DNA of 64,000 bases, from the NCBI GenBank assembly GCA_000934665.2, contig KZ537981.1, positions 124,001-188,000 on the forward strand, in the 5' to 3' direction. Positions 51,601-64,000 of the stretch are shown here, piece by piece. This stretch comes from Catajapyx aquilonaris (Eukaryota). Every line of letters begins with the position of its first letter. Position 1 is the first letter of the stretch. The position numbers and the translations under genes were made by a program. The notes beneath the pieces were generated by a model. The model was given only the letters and a program-made list of their open reading frames with translations, had not been told where the DNA came from and made no database searches.

Positions 51601-53139
51601 CTGCTTCTCTTAGTCCACTTCCGCTGCACTATAGGGTGACCCTCCCCTGGGTCAAAGGTCGTGGGTGCCCCAGGAGGTGGCAGAAGGCACGAGAGGAAAG
51701 GCCAGCAGCACACAGAACAGCAACATCGGACCAGAAGGTACAACAATCGGATCATACTCGCTAAAAAAAAGAGCTGTGCACTGGCCACCTCCAACACTCT
51801 ATTTGCACTAACTTTATTCGCAGAGATCACCTGCTCCTAAGTACATCTCGGTACAAAAGTTGGCAGCAATTACTACGCCGCAATTATGTACAGAGTAACA
51901 CAAGCAATCACTCAGAACATACGAAAAATTCTGGTGGATTGTCACACCATCATCATCATCATGATCATCATTATTATTATTGATCATCATCATTATTATT
52001 ATGTGGTACATATATATTTTTTTGGATCGAATGTACAGTATGACGTCTGTAGTCACCTGAACATGTGGATTGCAGCTGTGTACCTTCTTCTTTTTTTCCC
52101 CCACCCTCCCCCACCAGACATACCCTTCACTAATCACTAACCAGGGTTTAACCCCTCCCACTACTTATTTGCACACACAAAAAATATACAACAAGATTTG
52201 CAAAAGTTGGCAACAACGGGCCAATATATTGACCTTCGATTCCAAGCTGAATGCACATGCGGTTATGGGAGCAAGGACTAATAAAAGTTTGCAACATTGA
52301 AGGTGAAAGTACAGAGAGTTTCGCCGGAAAAACAATTGTGCGTACCAGGCATTTTGTTTTTAAAAAAATAGTCCTTGACCTAACCCTACATACACATTTG
52401 CAATCGATATTGAACGACGCCAATCAACGTCCAAAAAGCCTCATTTTCGCGACGTGCCAATACTGCAGAATATTATATTCGCCAATACCTTTTCTAGATG
52501 ATACAAATACGCTCAGGAAGCTATAAAGAATTTTTTTCCCAATAAAAATTGGGCAACACTGCCCGGCCCGCTTGGACGTAGTACGATATGCCACTACCAG
52601 TTGACGCCTAGGCTCCTCCCACTCCACCACATGCACCTATAGTAGGTCGTGCAAAGCCAGGCATAGCCAATCTCTACATAAGCAGAAAACTAGTTGGCAT
52701 GTACGTCCGGGCTACCTTACCTACTTCCGGACTACCGAAAGTCCTGAAATCTTTATATATAAAAAAACAGAAAGTTTGTATGTACGTCCAGGCTACCTAG
52801 CCCACTTTTGGAGTTCCGAAACTTGTCTCCACTGTATATAAGGGGAAGTTTGTAGGTATGTTCCATCGTCGCTCCGCCCCCCGGCCCCTTCTGTACCTCC
52901 CCGACAAAAAGTGGGCCGGTTCCGGATCGGGCTCACCTGTTGGCAAAGTCCTCCTTGTCGCTGGCGTACAGAGAGGACTGCTGCATGAGCTGGTGCAACT
53001 GGCCACTGCGAGGACCACTTGGGGCGTCCTCATTGTTGTTGTTGTTGTTGTTGTTATTGTTGTGCGAGCTGCATGGCTCGGACATGAGTTGCAATGGACA
53101 GGCCATGGGAGGGGGCGAGACGGCCACGGGAGGGAACAT
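45637..53139 (-). CDS. MAP3K13: Dual leucine zipper kinase (MAP3K12/MAP3K13, DLK/LZK, wallenda orthologue), about 991 aa, 9 coding exons
   Basis: Exons 53139-52937, 49139-48811, 48571-48385, 48330-48139, 47930-47504, 47442-46543, 46489-46155, 46101-45816 and 45753-45637, with all phases consistent. Motifs: [40 protein letters not shown], and zipper [24 protein letters not shown]. An alternative start is at 53106 (MACPL). Confidence 0.94.
49560..49830 (-). mobile_element. About 3 tandem copies of the Helitron-like 85-bp repeat in MAP3K intron 1
   Basis: Reverse-complement similarity to 27593-27690. Confidence 0.6.
50529..51088. repeat. Degenerate TTAGG/GTTAC satellite containing an internal inversion and a 34-bp tandem repeat
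   Basis: GGTTA/TTAGG/TTACG monomers. 50776-50850 is the reverse complement of 50656-50730. A 34-bp unit starts at 50861, 50895, 50929 and 50963. Confidence 0.88.
51191..51236. repeat. Perfect 21-bp stem with a 4-nt loop
   Basis: TGGAAAAGCGACAGAAAAGTT-tctc-AACTTTTCTGTCGCTTTTCCA. Confidence 0.92.
52671..52845 (+). mobile_element. About 2 tandem copies of the Helitron-like 85-bp repeat
   Basis: TCTCTACATAAGCAGAAA..GTCCGGGCTACC..CCGGACTAC matches 27593-27690. Confidence 0.6.
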
Positions 53140-54311
53140 CACGCATCACCACCACCAACTGTGGAGGGGGGAAAAAGGAGAGACGCACACATCACTACAT
53201 GTGGCTGGACCATTCACAGTTTGGGAGCCAGAGAAGAACTATACGAAGCCGGATCGACGCCACCGACCGACGACGCCAGGCCGTCACGTGAGAAACGCGC
53301 GCTTTTCCTACCCGGGGAATTCCCAGTGACGAGACGCGCCTACTATACACCATCCATGGCTTAACTACGCCACCGCCAAAAACCCGGCACTGTACGTCAC
53401 ATGCCGGTCTTTATGTCATCAAATTCCCATGCAGAAGTAAAGGTCAAATGGGGACAGCAAGATGCTGTGGGGCGTTGGAGTGACCGCACCAGTATACTTT
53501 CCGGCCCTGCCAGGCACGGACCGTCGTCGCATTGCATGATGATTGCAGTTAGTCGCGCCTTATTGTGTGTTGGGTATCAGCAACATTACTGTCCGTCTTG
53601 TGGCGGCCAACGAACGTTATTGTGGCTTTGCCAACGCCGCCTAACTGACAATAAGGAGGCTTCATCGGGAAAATATGGGCTGTTTCTTGCGTTTCTACAT
53701 TATTTGGGACTTGGGCAGTGCTCCACTCTGCAATACTATTTGACGCGATGACGATGACGTGTGAAAGACGTGTGCATCATCACCACTGGATGACGGGTTA
53801 CTGAACCTCCTCCGTTGCCGAGCAACGTTCCGGAATGTGTAAAAATCGACCGCATTATCCTGACCTTCGCTAATTCTACCGGATCTGGAATAAGCCATTC
53901 TTCAGACGAAAGGTGCTCTTATTCTCACCGCCTCTAACAACCCTCCAGCTACATAGCGAACTCAATCGACTCGAAAAGTTGTCGGGTTTAAAAAAATATT
54001 GAACCTTATTTCTCAACTTCCAGGGGCGCGATATGCTGCTCTATAAACTCCCTTAGCTGCAGTTACATGGAATAAGTTTATGAGCAGACGCCATTGGGTC
54101 TGAAGAGGGGGGGGCGAGCGAGTTATGGCACTTTTCCCAGCCAATGACAAAGGCTCCCTAGGAGAGAAGATGACTGTTTACTCGCCCTGCTGCTGAGACT
54201 GCAATGCTATGGATTTGCTCCAGATATTTTCATAGACTGCGCGGCTCTACAACAAGTCTATATAGCTCTGCAAATGTAGCTACAAGGATCATCCAGTCTA
54301 ATTGCCCGTTT

Positions 54312-54662
54312 CAGCCGCTTCAAATAAGCAGCTTCATCTATAGTTACTTGAAATAAGCAGCTTCATCTAGCCACTTGAAATAAGCAGCTTTATATAGCCA
54401 CTTGAAATAAGCAGCTTCATCTAGCCACTGGAAATAAGCAGCTTCATCTAGCCACTGGAAATAAGCAGCTTCATCTATAGTTACTTGAAATAAGCAGCTT
54501 TATATAGCCACTTGAAATAAGCAGCTTCATCTAGCCACTTGAAATAAGCAGCTTTATATAGCCACTTGAAATAAGCACCTTCATCTAGCCACTTGAAATA
54601 AGCAGCTTCATCTAGCCACTGGAAATAAGCAGCTTTATATAGCCACTTGAAATAAGCAGCTA
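54312..54662. repeat. 27-bp minisatellite (TAGCCACTTGAAATAAGCAGCTTCATC), about 12-13 copies
   Basis: Period of 27 seen directly (CCACTTGAAA at 54371 and 54398). Confidence 0.95.
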
Positions 54663-54664
54663 CT

Positions 54665-55350
54665 CGTTGAGTAGGTAGGTTTAGTGGTTGTCACAAGTTT
54701 TAGCTGTTATTCGACCTAATATAGCCAAAATCCCAATAGCTTTTATTAACAGCTAGCTTTAGTGGTTATCACATAAGTATGAGCTATTCGACCTAATATT
54801 GCTGAAAACTACTACGGTATACCTAAAACCCCCTAATGGCGATTTTAAACAGCCAGCTTTAGTGGTTATCACATTAGCTATATGGTTCGACCTAATATTG
54901 AAAAGTAATATGGCTAAATCCCATAATAAATAGAGTTTTAAAAAAAAACTGTCAAGTATTTAAAACTACTGCATAGCTAAAACCCTTAACAGCGGCTTTA
55001 AACATCCAGCTTTAGTGGCTATCACAAGCATTAGCTATATGGTTCGACCTAGTACTGAAAAGTAATATAGCTAAAAACCCATAATGGCGATATTAAACAG
55101 CTATCTGTAGTAGTCATCACGGATATTAGCTATTAATTATTCGACTTAATTGAAAACTGATATGGCTCAAACAAATAGCTGTTTAATTTAAACAGCTAGA
55201 TTTATCGCCAGTATTAGCTAGTTCTCCGACCTAATATCGAAAACTAAGCTGTTTATTTAGTTCTATCGGTTATCGCAACTATTATAGCTATTTGACATTA
55301 ATATTGAAAACAGATGTGGCTCCCAATAAGTAGCTGCTTATGAATATTAA
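54665..55350. repeat. Degenerate TAGCTA-rich tandem repeat (TTCGACCTAATA / CTTTAGTGGTTATCAC units)
   Basis: Recurring motifs at roughly 75-130-bp spacing; related to 5545-6075 in the opposite orientation. Confidence 0.7.
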
Positions 55351-57506
55351 CCAATTTTTCGGCCTTTGCTGAGATAAACAATTGGCAACACACTCATTCC
55401 CGATAATAATTTTCCTCCAATAATAACGAATGTCACGGTCCGTCACATCACTCGCGTCACACCCAACTTTTGTTTTGTCACGTCCGTAACGCCTTTAGAA
55501 GCCACAATGAGCAGTGTCTTACTCCAATCCGGCTCCATGACGAGGCTGATTTGGCGCCAACCGGCGGCGTCGCGACAATCTCAAGTGTGAGAAGACAAGA
55601 AGGCGTCGTGGTCGTCGGCGTCGTCGTCGTCGGCGTCTGCAACCGGCCTGTGAAGCCCAACTGCTCACATGACAATCTGTCCGCAGCCAATGGCCTTGCC
55701 CCCACCTCCTCCCTCCCTCCCTCCCCCACACACACAATAATAAGATGGTGGCTCTCTTTGCATCGATCTGGTGGGCGTCGCGACGCGTCGGTTGCAACGC
55801 GCAGGTCGCTCTCACGTGCTCTGCGATCCTTACACATTGTGGCCAATTCTGTCACAACATATATCCCCGCATAAGTGTACGCGTCCACAACTCAAAATAT
55901 ATACACCAAAATCACGATTAACTGTATGTTGTTGGCCCGTGTGAACAGTCCAAACGTGTCCGGATCGTTCCGGATCGTTCCTGTCCCCCTGCAGTGCTTT
56001 TTTTAAAAAAATCCGGAAATAAACCCCTGATTTCCATCCCTCCCATTGGCGGCATGTCCCACCAGAAAATTAAGGATTCAGATCATTTTACAACAAAGTT
56101 TTTTTTGAACAGTCCTGTCACTTCCAGGCGACTTTTTGCGCCAGACCTATTGTCATGCAAAGTACGGGCTCCGGACAATTATTTTTTTATATATATTTTT
56201 ATTATTCCGAGATCCCCGGGTAATTAGAGCGTGAAATTTGCGGGTTGGAACCCCCCCAGCAATCTTAATTTGAATGGGTCAAGCTTAAAGGATCTGTGTA
56301 ATAATAAGTTTGTTTGCTGATAAGTATCTCTCTCTCGAAAAAGGAAGTTCCGGACAATTACTGCGCAGCTCTCGGTCTTGGTCTGTCGGCGTGGGAAAAA
56401 CAAGGACCGGGTCCGGAACACTTGACGCAGAACTGGGCAAGCGAATTATTCTCGGAAGGATACGCTGCCAGCAGGTGTGTGACTTCAAAAAGAAATTGTC
56501 CATGAACTTTCATCGGGCAGATGGCCACGAGCGAATCTCTCGGGACAATGCTGCTGGGGAGGGGGGCCCGTTCACACGGGACTGGATCCGATCTGGACCC
56601 GATCTGGACCAGGTCCAGTATAGTCAGTGTAGCCAACTGACACAACCTGTCCGTTCCAGGCTGTTCCCATATAAAGGTTAAGACTTTTTCTTGGGAGCCA
56701 ACCTGGCTCCGTCCCAGCAGCCAACCTGGCTCCCGAGCAGCGCCATTCTGGCTCTATCCTCAGACAACTAGTCTGCACGAGGATCATTAATGGTCGTGTA
56801 GCTATAGACAGTGTTGGATCGAGCCAAAGGAGAGTGACACCACAAGATGAAATGCTGGACACGAATGTGCAGTGGCGCCACACGCTCAAAGTCACGCAAT
56901 CAGGAGCCTGCGTAGTATATATATGTTATCGATCAATCGATTAACATCCCCCAACACAACCACCTCTTTGCTTCCGGACAAAGTCATTTACGCACATAAT
57001 AGTACGTACTATAATAGTATATCACAGCTTCAGGGGGGTTCAACAGCCAAGAATCAGGCGTAAATGGTGAACCATTGGGTGCACTCGTAAATCAGCAATA
57101 AATCACTCGTAAATCCGCTGTAAATCCCCATTGAATCAATCCTAAACCACTCTTGCCCAATTCATAAATCAATCGTAAATCACCCCCCCCCCCCCTTGAA
57201 TCAATAATCCTAAATCACTCTTGCATAATTCCTCAACACCAACGAATAAAACCCATCAGCACTCTTCTATCATCTGAAATCACTAAATAAATCCCGGTTA
57301 AATCCCAATCGAATCAGTCTTAAACCATATACGTAAATCACTCTTAAGAAATGATTTGATTAATCATTACCTAAGAGTGATATAAGACGATTTAAAAAAT
57401 TATTTAATATCACTCCGAAATCATCAATCGCATGTGATTTGAGTGATCTTAAATTTAATAACCAATTAATTAACCAACTTAAATAGCTTTTAAATCATCG
57501 TGAACG

Positions 57507-57815
57507 AAGCAGTGGTTGGCGGAGGGGATATGGTATCCGACTGCTAATCGGGAGGTCCTGGGTTCGAATCCCGGTGCCGGCAACCTCTAACCGTGGTTTT
57601 TCTGTGGTTTCCCACGGATCCTCCAGGAGAATTCCGGAGTTGTTTCCTAAACTAATAGGCCACAGCCGCCTCCTTCCTTTCCTATCCCAAAAAGCGCAGT
57701 AAAAAAACGAACCGAAGAGTTCCAGTCAAAAAATATATATCCCCCCTAAAGAGCCACCGGCTGATAACGGGGTATGAATTATTTATTAATATTAATATTA
57801 ATATTATTATTATTA
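57507..57815 (+). mobile_element. Second copy of the tRNA-derived SINE, inserted in an AAATCA-rich low-complexity repeat (about 57060-58030)
   Basis: B-box GGTTCGAATCCC, the same body as 27779-28130, and an AT-rich tail. Confidence 0.85.
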
Positions 57816-60800
57816 ACGAGTGATTTCATACGGTTTTAAAATATTTATCGCTCCTAAATCATCAGTGTAACTCACTCATCTTAATAAATCATTAATAAAC
57901 GCTTCAACATCGAGATTGGATTAAATCACGATTTCAGATGATTTTAAAACTTAAAGATAACTGAAATGGTAAAATTAAAGCCGGATTTAATGGCTCTTAA
58001 ATCGCGTTGAAATCATCAATTTTGATTCATGGAATCCAACCAATTTTTGTAAAAATGTGATACTTTTATGAGGAATCTCGTGCCTGCCTCAACGTGTGTA
58101 GGGTAGGGGTGTTAACAAGGGTTCTATTTCCAGGCCCGGTTGTTTCAGGTGAGAAAACTCGATTTTTTGGGAGGGGTTGATGGGGTGGGTGGCATGGGGG
58201 AGGAATCTGGTTGGAGCCAGTGACGCACACCCTGCAACAAACTTATCGCCTCAAAGTCTGAGGAGGGTAGGGGGTCGCGGGTATAATAATAGGTGTACAG
58301 GGGGGGAAAAGGAAGGAAGGAAAGGAAAGGAAAGGACCATCCCCTCCCCAACCAAACTTCTTGACACTGGTCAAGGTCTCACAGGTGCTGAAAAGAAAAA
58401 CGTGGGGGGGGGAAAGAAGAGAGCCCCCAGGCCTTCCCCAGGTTGAAAAACCCCTTCCCGAAAACCAGCTCTGCACCCGCGAACCGCCCCTTTTTGTTTC
58501 TCTCTGNCCCCCCCCCCCCCCATGCATTGCACCCAATAATAAAAGATATGCAGTTGCACCCACTCAATATCGTTGCTGGTGTGGACAATCCGCTCCCCAG
58601 CTAGGGTGCAATGTGTATAACTGTGCATGTGTATGCATAGGGTGTGTTGTGGTTGTCCAGTGTAGCGTGCTGTTGTGTGGAGGGTGGTCAACCTTGAGAT
58701 GGGTTCAATCCACTCTCTGCGACTCCCCTGTTTTGATTCTTACCTTGGTGTCCAGACTATGATGGTGGTGCTCCAACAGGTAGGACCATGCCCTGACGGG
58801 ACGCCCGATGCACTGTGCTCCTTGGGACAGACAGACACCTGCGAGAGAACCACCCTGCGTGTGCTCCTCAAACGCTGTTAGCAAAAGGTGGTGGGCAAGG
58901 TGGGGGGAGAGAGAGAGAGAGAAAAAAAAGAAAAAATCACGGGAGAGTGGGCGTGGTCCACCCACAGCATACCTTGCTCGATGGACCAATCGGAGGGGAT
59001 CAGCCTCTAGCGGGGTTTGGCCCGACCGGAATGGGGAAGCCATCTTGTATCCAGCCAAATAACCAGGTGTGCCATAACACCTGCGAATCGACCAATACCC
59101 CTTCAACAACGAAAATACGGGGCGTGGCTTGCAACCACCGGACCAATCAACCGTCAGAACAGGTGCAAATGCGGTCCGCCATTTTGAGTCCAACAATTTG
59201 AGCGGGAAATTCGAAGAAGAGTGTACGGAACACCCAAATAAAAAGTCTGCCCCTTATTGTTATGTTTATAATCCAGTCTGGCCTCCCAGTTTCCGCTCCA
59301 GTGACCACCTGTTTTTTTTCTAAAAGAGGGGGGGAAAAGCCCACCCCTGAGGAGAAAGAAGGGTGGTCAAGGTGAGGGAAGGGGGGCGTGGAAAAGGTGT
59401 ACCTGTGACCTCCATGTTGCCATATTAAGACACAAATCACAACAAGCAGTGTGCTCTCAAAACAAATTTGGCAACAGCTGGGAATCCTCAGGTGAGTCAC
59501 TCATGTACCCCCACCCACCTACCCTTCTCCCCTCTTTAAAAAAAAAAGGACACACACAAACAAAAAGGGGTGAACCAAGAAATGCACAGTTATGCACAAT
59601 GCACCTGAGAATTTATTCCGTTTTCAACAAGATTCAGGCTGAATAGGGGGGGGGCAAATCAGGTCAAACCAATCAAACTCTCTTTTTTTTTTACTGAAAA
59701 AACACTGCCATGACATAACAAGTTCTGGAAAAAAAAAAGTTAAAAAAAAAACCAAACATGCCACCACAGTATTTTTTTCTTGGGCACATCAGCAATGAAA
59801 ATTCTCTCCGCTCATTATTTTGTCATTATATATTATATCCGCTCTATGTCTTTTTTTTTTGTGACAGGTTCGTCAAAAGTGGGGTGTGAAAAAACAGTTT
59901 GTCCTTCTAAAAAAAAGGAATTAAAAAAAAAATCATTATCTGGCTGACCATCCATTTTTTTTCCATAGCCTTACGCATAGTACGGATATCACTGCCCACT
60001 TTCACCACTTTCCCAAGTGAAGGAAAAGCTTCTTACAACCTTTTGTTACACAGCGATAAACAAAAGTACAATTTAGAGATGTTTCTTTTTTTTCCCATTC
60101 GCATGATTTTTTTTTGGCACACAGGTTCTTTTTCGAGATAGGACGAAAAAACCACCAAAAAAACATTCACGGCTATGTCGCCATGAATTGAACAGCACGG
60201 TTTTACAAGTACAAAGTACTCCAGTGGGGAGAGGGGCTTTTCTTTTTAAAAAAAACATTCACAAAAAGAAATTACATACGACATACGCTGTGGTGAAAGG
60301 TCGACACCTCTTTGGGCTTATATTTATGACAATTTTCATTCACAGGGCGGCTGGTCAGGAGAGGCCTTGTCTTTTTTTTCCCGTCCCAAAAAAAAAAAAA
60401 AATTTGAATAAAAATAATATATAAATCGACAACAACAATAGTATGAGGCAAGACCACGCACAAGTTACACCTGCACGCAAAACACACTCATAGTCGCACC
60501 AGTTCAAAAAAATAACAATAAGGGGGCAACAATACCAGACACAAAAGGGGGGGGGGGGGGGAANCCACTTGAGAATTTTATTCAGCTAAATAACCGCGAC
60601 AAAAAATAATAGGCAGGAAATAAACTTTGGGGGGGGGAGGCAGAAAAACAAAAAGAAACAAACAGGATCAACGCCATCTTGGATTAATTGTTCTTTTTCT
60701 CTCTCTTTTCCACCATTTAATAGTCAGTCTACGCAGCGCCAATCACTCTGGCGCCAACAAGTCTCTCTCCAGCGCCAGAGGGCACCCTTCACAAATCGCT

Positions 60801-63800
60801 CACAATTCGCTACGTAAATTTCCCATCCCAGCAATTAATTTTCAAAACAAATTTAAGTTAAATCCCCTCCCCCAGCATATTTTCAATTTTTTTTCTCTTT
60901 TCTTCCCCAATCAAGCCCTGGTGCCCTCTGCACAAGGAACTTGCAGACGTAATAAGATTAGCCATAAATAATTGACCACAGCCCCTTTTCACAGAGCAAG
61001 TCCCATCGTGCAAACACATGTCATTAACCACTTGAAGAAAAAAAACATACATTACAGTGTTGAGTGAGGGACGAGTACAGGGGGAGAGGGGGGTGGATAG
61101 GCGGGGAAGCACAAACATGGCCACCGACATTTTTTGCATAACATTTTTGCATTGTGAGGAAAAACGAAGGATGCGCACATGCAGAGGGAAGGTTTAAACA
61201 GGATCAGGTAATGCAAGTGTCTCTTCACGTGCGACCAATTGTCACTCTACGGGTTTAAAAAAAAACAAAAAACTTCACTCGCCAAAAAAATGTACAGAAC
61301 TTTAAAAACGTCCCACGGGCGGGGGAAAAATATGAAATAAAACCGGCACAGCCCTATATACTTCTTTACACACACTCCCTTATAATTACATAATTCTTTG
61401 CCCCAACACGCCCAGCGAACTTGGGTTCTTTCCCCACTAGTTGGTATGCTATATCACATTGAAGTTTTTTTTTTCTTTTCTTAAACGTATCTGCAGTTAT
61501 GTGGACACGGCTTAGAAAAAGGGACGGGAAGGAAACAGTTCACTAACACTATCCCATAGCCTGGTGTGTGTCGGGAGAGGGGATTAAAAGCAGGTATGAA
61601 AAACACCTTCCGAAAAATGTTTCCGGCAAAAAAATACTCATTATCGCTACAACTCGCTCGTCCACATTAGTCCTGCTTAATGTATTTTTTTTCTTCATAT
61701 AATTACATTTATTTCAAAAAAACTCTTCCTATACTCGTATAGTAGTGTAGGTGCAAAGCAACTCACAACAATTGAAACATGGCAACCTTACAATTACATT
61801 TCATTGGTTATACTTTTAAGTATCGGAGCAGATAAGCAGTGCTAATGTGACGGGATGTTTTCCAGATAAGAGCACATTTTTCTCTCTCTTTTTTACGCAA
61901 GTACCCTCCCCGCTATAATTTTTCGGTGCCAAAAAAACCTAACACTGCGAAAAACGTTACACCAGCTGTTAAATACACGCTCTACACGTGGGGAGGGTGA
62001 AGGGGCAGGGGATTGAACTGGGAGGGAGGTATACAAAACGAAACAGGGGAAAAAAAATCCACAACACATCATTATGCACGAGGGCTCACTTGAGGAGCTG
62101 TGGCCCAAAAAATATAATAAACAAAAAAAAAAAAAAAACACATTGGCCACTAAAAGGCCTTCAAAAAACAGCACTGTACAACAAGGCTTTTTGCATTGAG
62201 AAGTCCTCGGATGGGGTAGGAGTTGGGGCAGGGGTCAAAAGGTGGGCGCAGAGGAGAGATGGGGGGGAGAAATTATTATTTTTTTTTTTAGCCACACACA
62301 CTCACATTATCACTCTCCACAACACCACCCTCCGCAACCCACCCCCCAAAATCTCCTCCCCATTTTCCAGGAATTTTAAAAAGAAAAAAAACCACAACCA
62401 GTGGTAACCCCTCCCAAAACTAGTATATACCATGTTTTTTCTCTCTCTTTCTCTGGCTCCTCGATATCACTACGCGTATATTACACACACGACTTTCGGG
62501 GGGGGAGAGGCGCATCACACGATCAAAGTCTTGGCTTCTTTTTCTGTCCTCGCCTCTCGAAAAGTTTGCTGCACAAAACTAGGCCCCACAAGATATATAT
62601 ATATGTACATATATATCCTTACTCCACTTCTATTCGTTTATTTATCATTATTTTGTTCTTCGTATTGTCCATCCACACGTCATCCCCCCCAATTCACTTT
62701 TTGTCAAAAATAAATCCTCTCTCCACTTTTTCCATTTTCTCTAAAATTGACGGCAACTGACTGCCTCGTTATTTTCTTTTCATTATTCTTGTGGCATGTC
62801 TGAGAGTGTGGCTGCATCTATAATATTTATATATATAATATGTACAAATCAAAAACTTGATAATTGTTTTTTTTTTCCTTCTTCCTTAATTGGGACTGGA
62901 TATAAAGGGGTATTGGAAAATGGGCGCTTTTAAGGTTAAGTAGGAGCTTTTTTGGGTTAGTAAAAAACATTACTGTGTCAGTTTTCCCATCTCTCGTTTT
63001 TTTGTTTTTTTTAAAGCCCTGGGCAGGCTAGTTTTTTAGGTCCCGGATCCATTAATCATTTCGTCTTGGGACTACAAGAAGGGAAGGTTGCCGCGCACTT
63101 CAGGCAGAGAAGGAAACAAAAAATAACCCGCCTGAATCAGCAACAATTGAAAACGACGAAAAAGAGTGCCAAGAAACGAACCTATCATTAAAGCAAAACT
63201 GACTGTGGGAGGTCAGGTAGGGACGGGTAGGAACGCAGGGGAAAAGGAGAGAAAGAAAAACCCACAGCCTATAAAAATGCACATGTAAAACAGTTGCCCC
63301 CACAAAAAAATGTCTGTCCAAAGTGTATAACTTTTTTTTTTCATTTTCTTCACAACGCTCGTTAATATTTTGAAAAGCGAGTTTTCCCTAATTTTTTCAT
63401 GTTTTTTTTGGCACACTGATTCTATACAAACTGGATGTAACCTTCGGAGGTCCGGGCGGGTTAAGTTAAACGATGCCTTGCAAAAAAAGGTTTGGGCCTG
63501 CCAAAAAAGCACAAATCCGTCAGGAGCACACTAATAGAAATCTGGGAACGCAAAATTCATAATCACAAAAGGGGAGGGGGAAATCAACACATCATATACT
63601 AGCTGCATCATTTGAGATTTGGATTAAAGTCTGCTAAGGGCAAATAAACAACCAAAAAAATTGCTTGCCCCACAAAATGCTCCTAAGGTGTTAATACTAA
63701 AAAAAACATGTCCACACACACACAAAAAAAATATAAAGAGAAATAAAGCTCTACGTCCAAACACTACAACCAGAGTAGCAAGGGGAAAAGTGGCTCGAAA

Positions 63801-64000
63801 ACTTCATTGCAAAACATAAACCCAACCCTCCAGTCTCCTAAAAAAATCTTCCTGCACTTTTTTTTGATTCTTCATTCGCTTCCCCCTTTGCCGTCCTTGT
63901 ACAAAATCATCAATGTGTAGACATGTCCAGGTCTGAAGTTCTCAAAAGAAAGACCATCAGCGGCCAAATCACAGGGATACGCCGGGCCCCCCCAGTGTTT

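Noticed and set aside
54312..54662. CRISPR-like regular array
   Set aside because: Head-to-tail 27-bp units with no unique spacers, in a eukaryotic context without cas genes.
59600..64000. A/T-run-rich region that could be the 3' UTR of a gene beyond the right edge
   Set aside because: No coding exon or other diagnostic feature is visible in the window.

Overview
Eukaryotic genomic DNA from an invertebrate, probably an arthropod (short GT-AG introns, tRNA-derived SINEs, TTAGG-like repeats, TCAGT-type initiator). Six intron-containing genes could be modelled by hand, all on the minus strand. From left to right: the 5' part of a tRNA dimethylallyltransferase (TRIT1); a complete Myc; an orphan secreted Cys-rich/EGF/mucin-like gene; FAM49/CYRI; an XRCC1-N-terminal-domain protein (XNDC1-like) with two UBZ-type zinc fingers; and the DLK/LZK kinase (MAP3K12/13, wallenda). 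Main points of interest: (1) TRIT1-Myc-FAM49 linkage that matches the neighbours of the three human MYC paralogues, suggesting an ancient syntenic block; (2) a Myc with an intron inside its bHLH, an unusual helix-1 residue, two HCF-1-binding motifs and two putative first exons or promoters; (3) a textbook U12 minor intron in TRIT1; (4) motif clusters (E2F, CRE, E-box/Su(H)) around Myc; (5) several hairpin and tandem-repeat families. All gene models are manual predictions from splice consensus and reading frame, not confirmed by transcripts.
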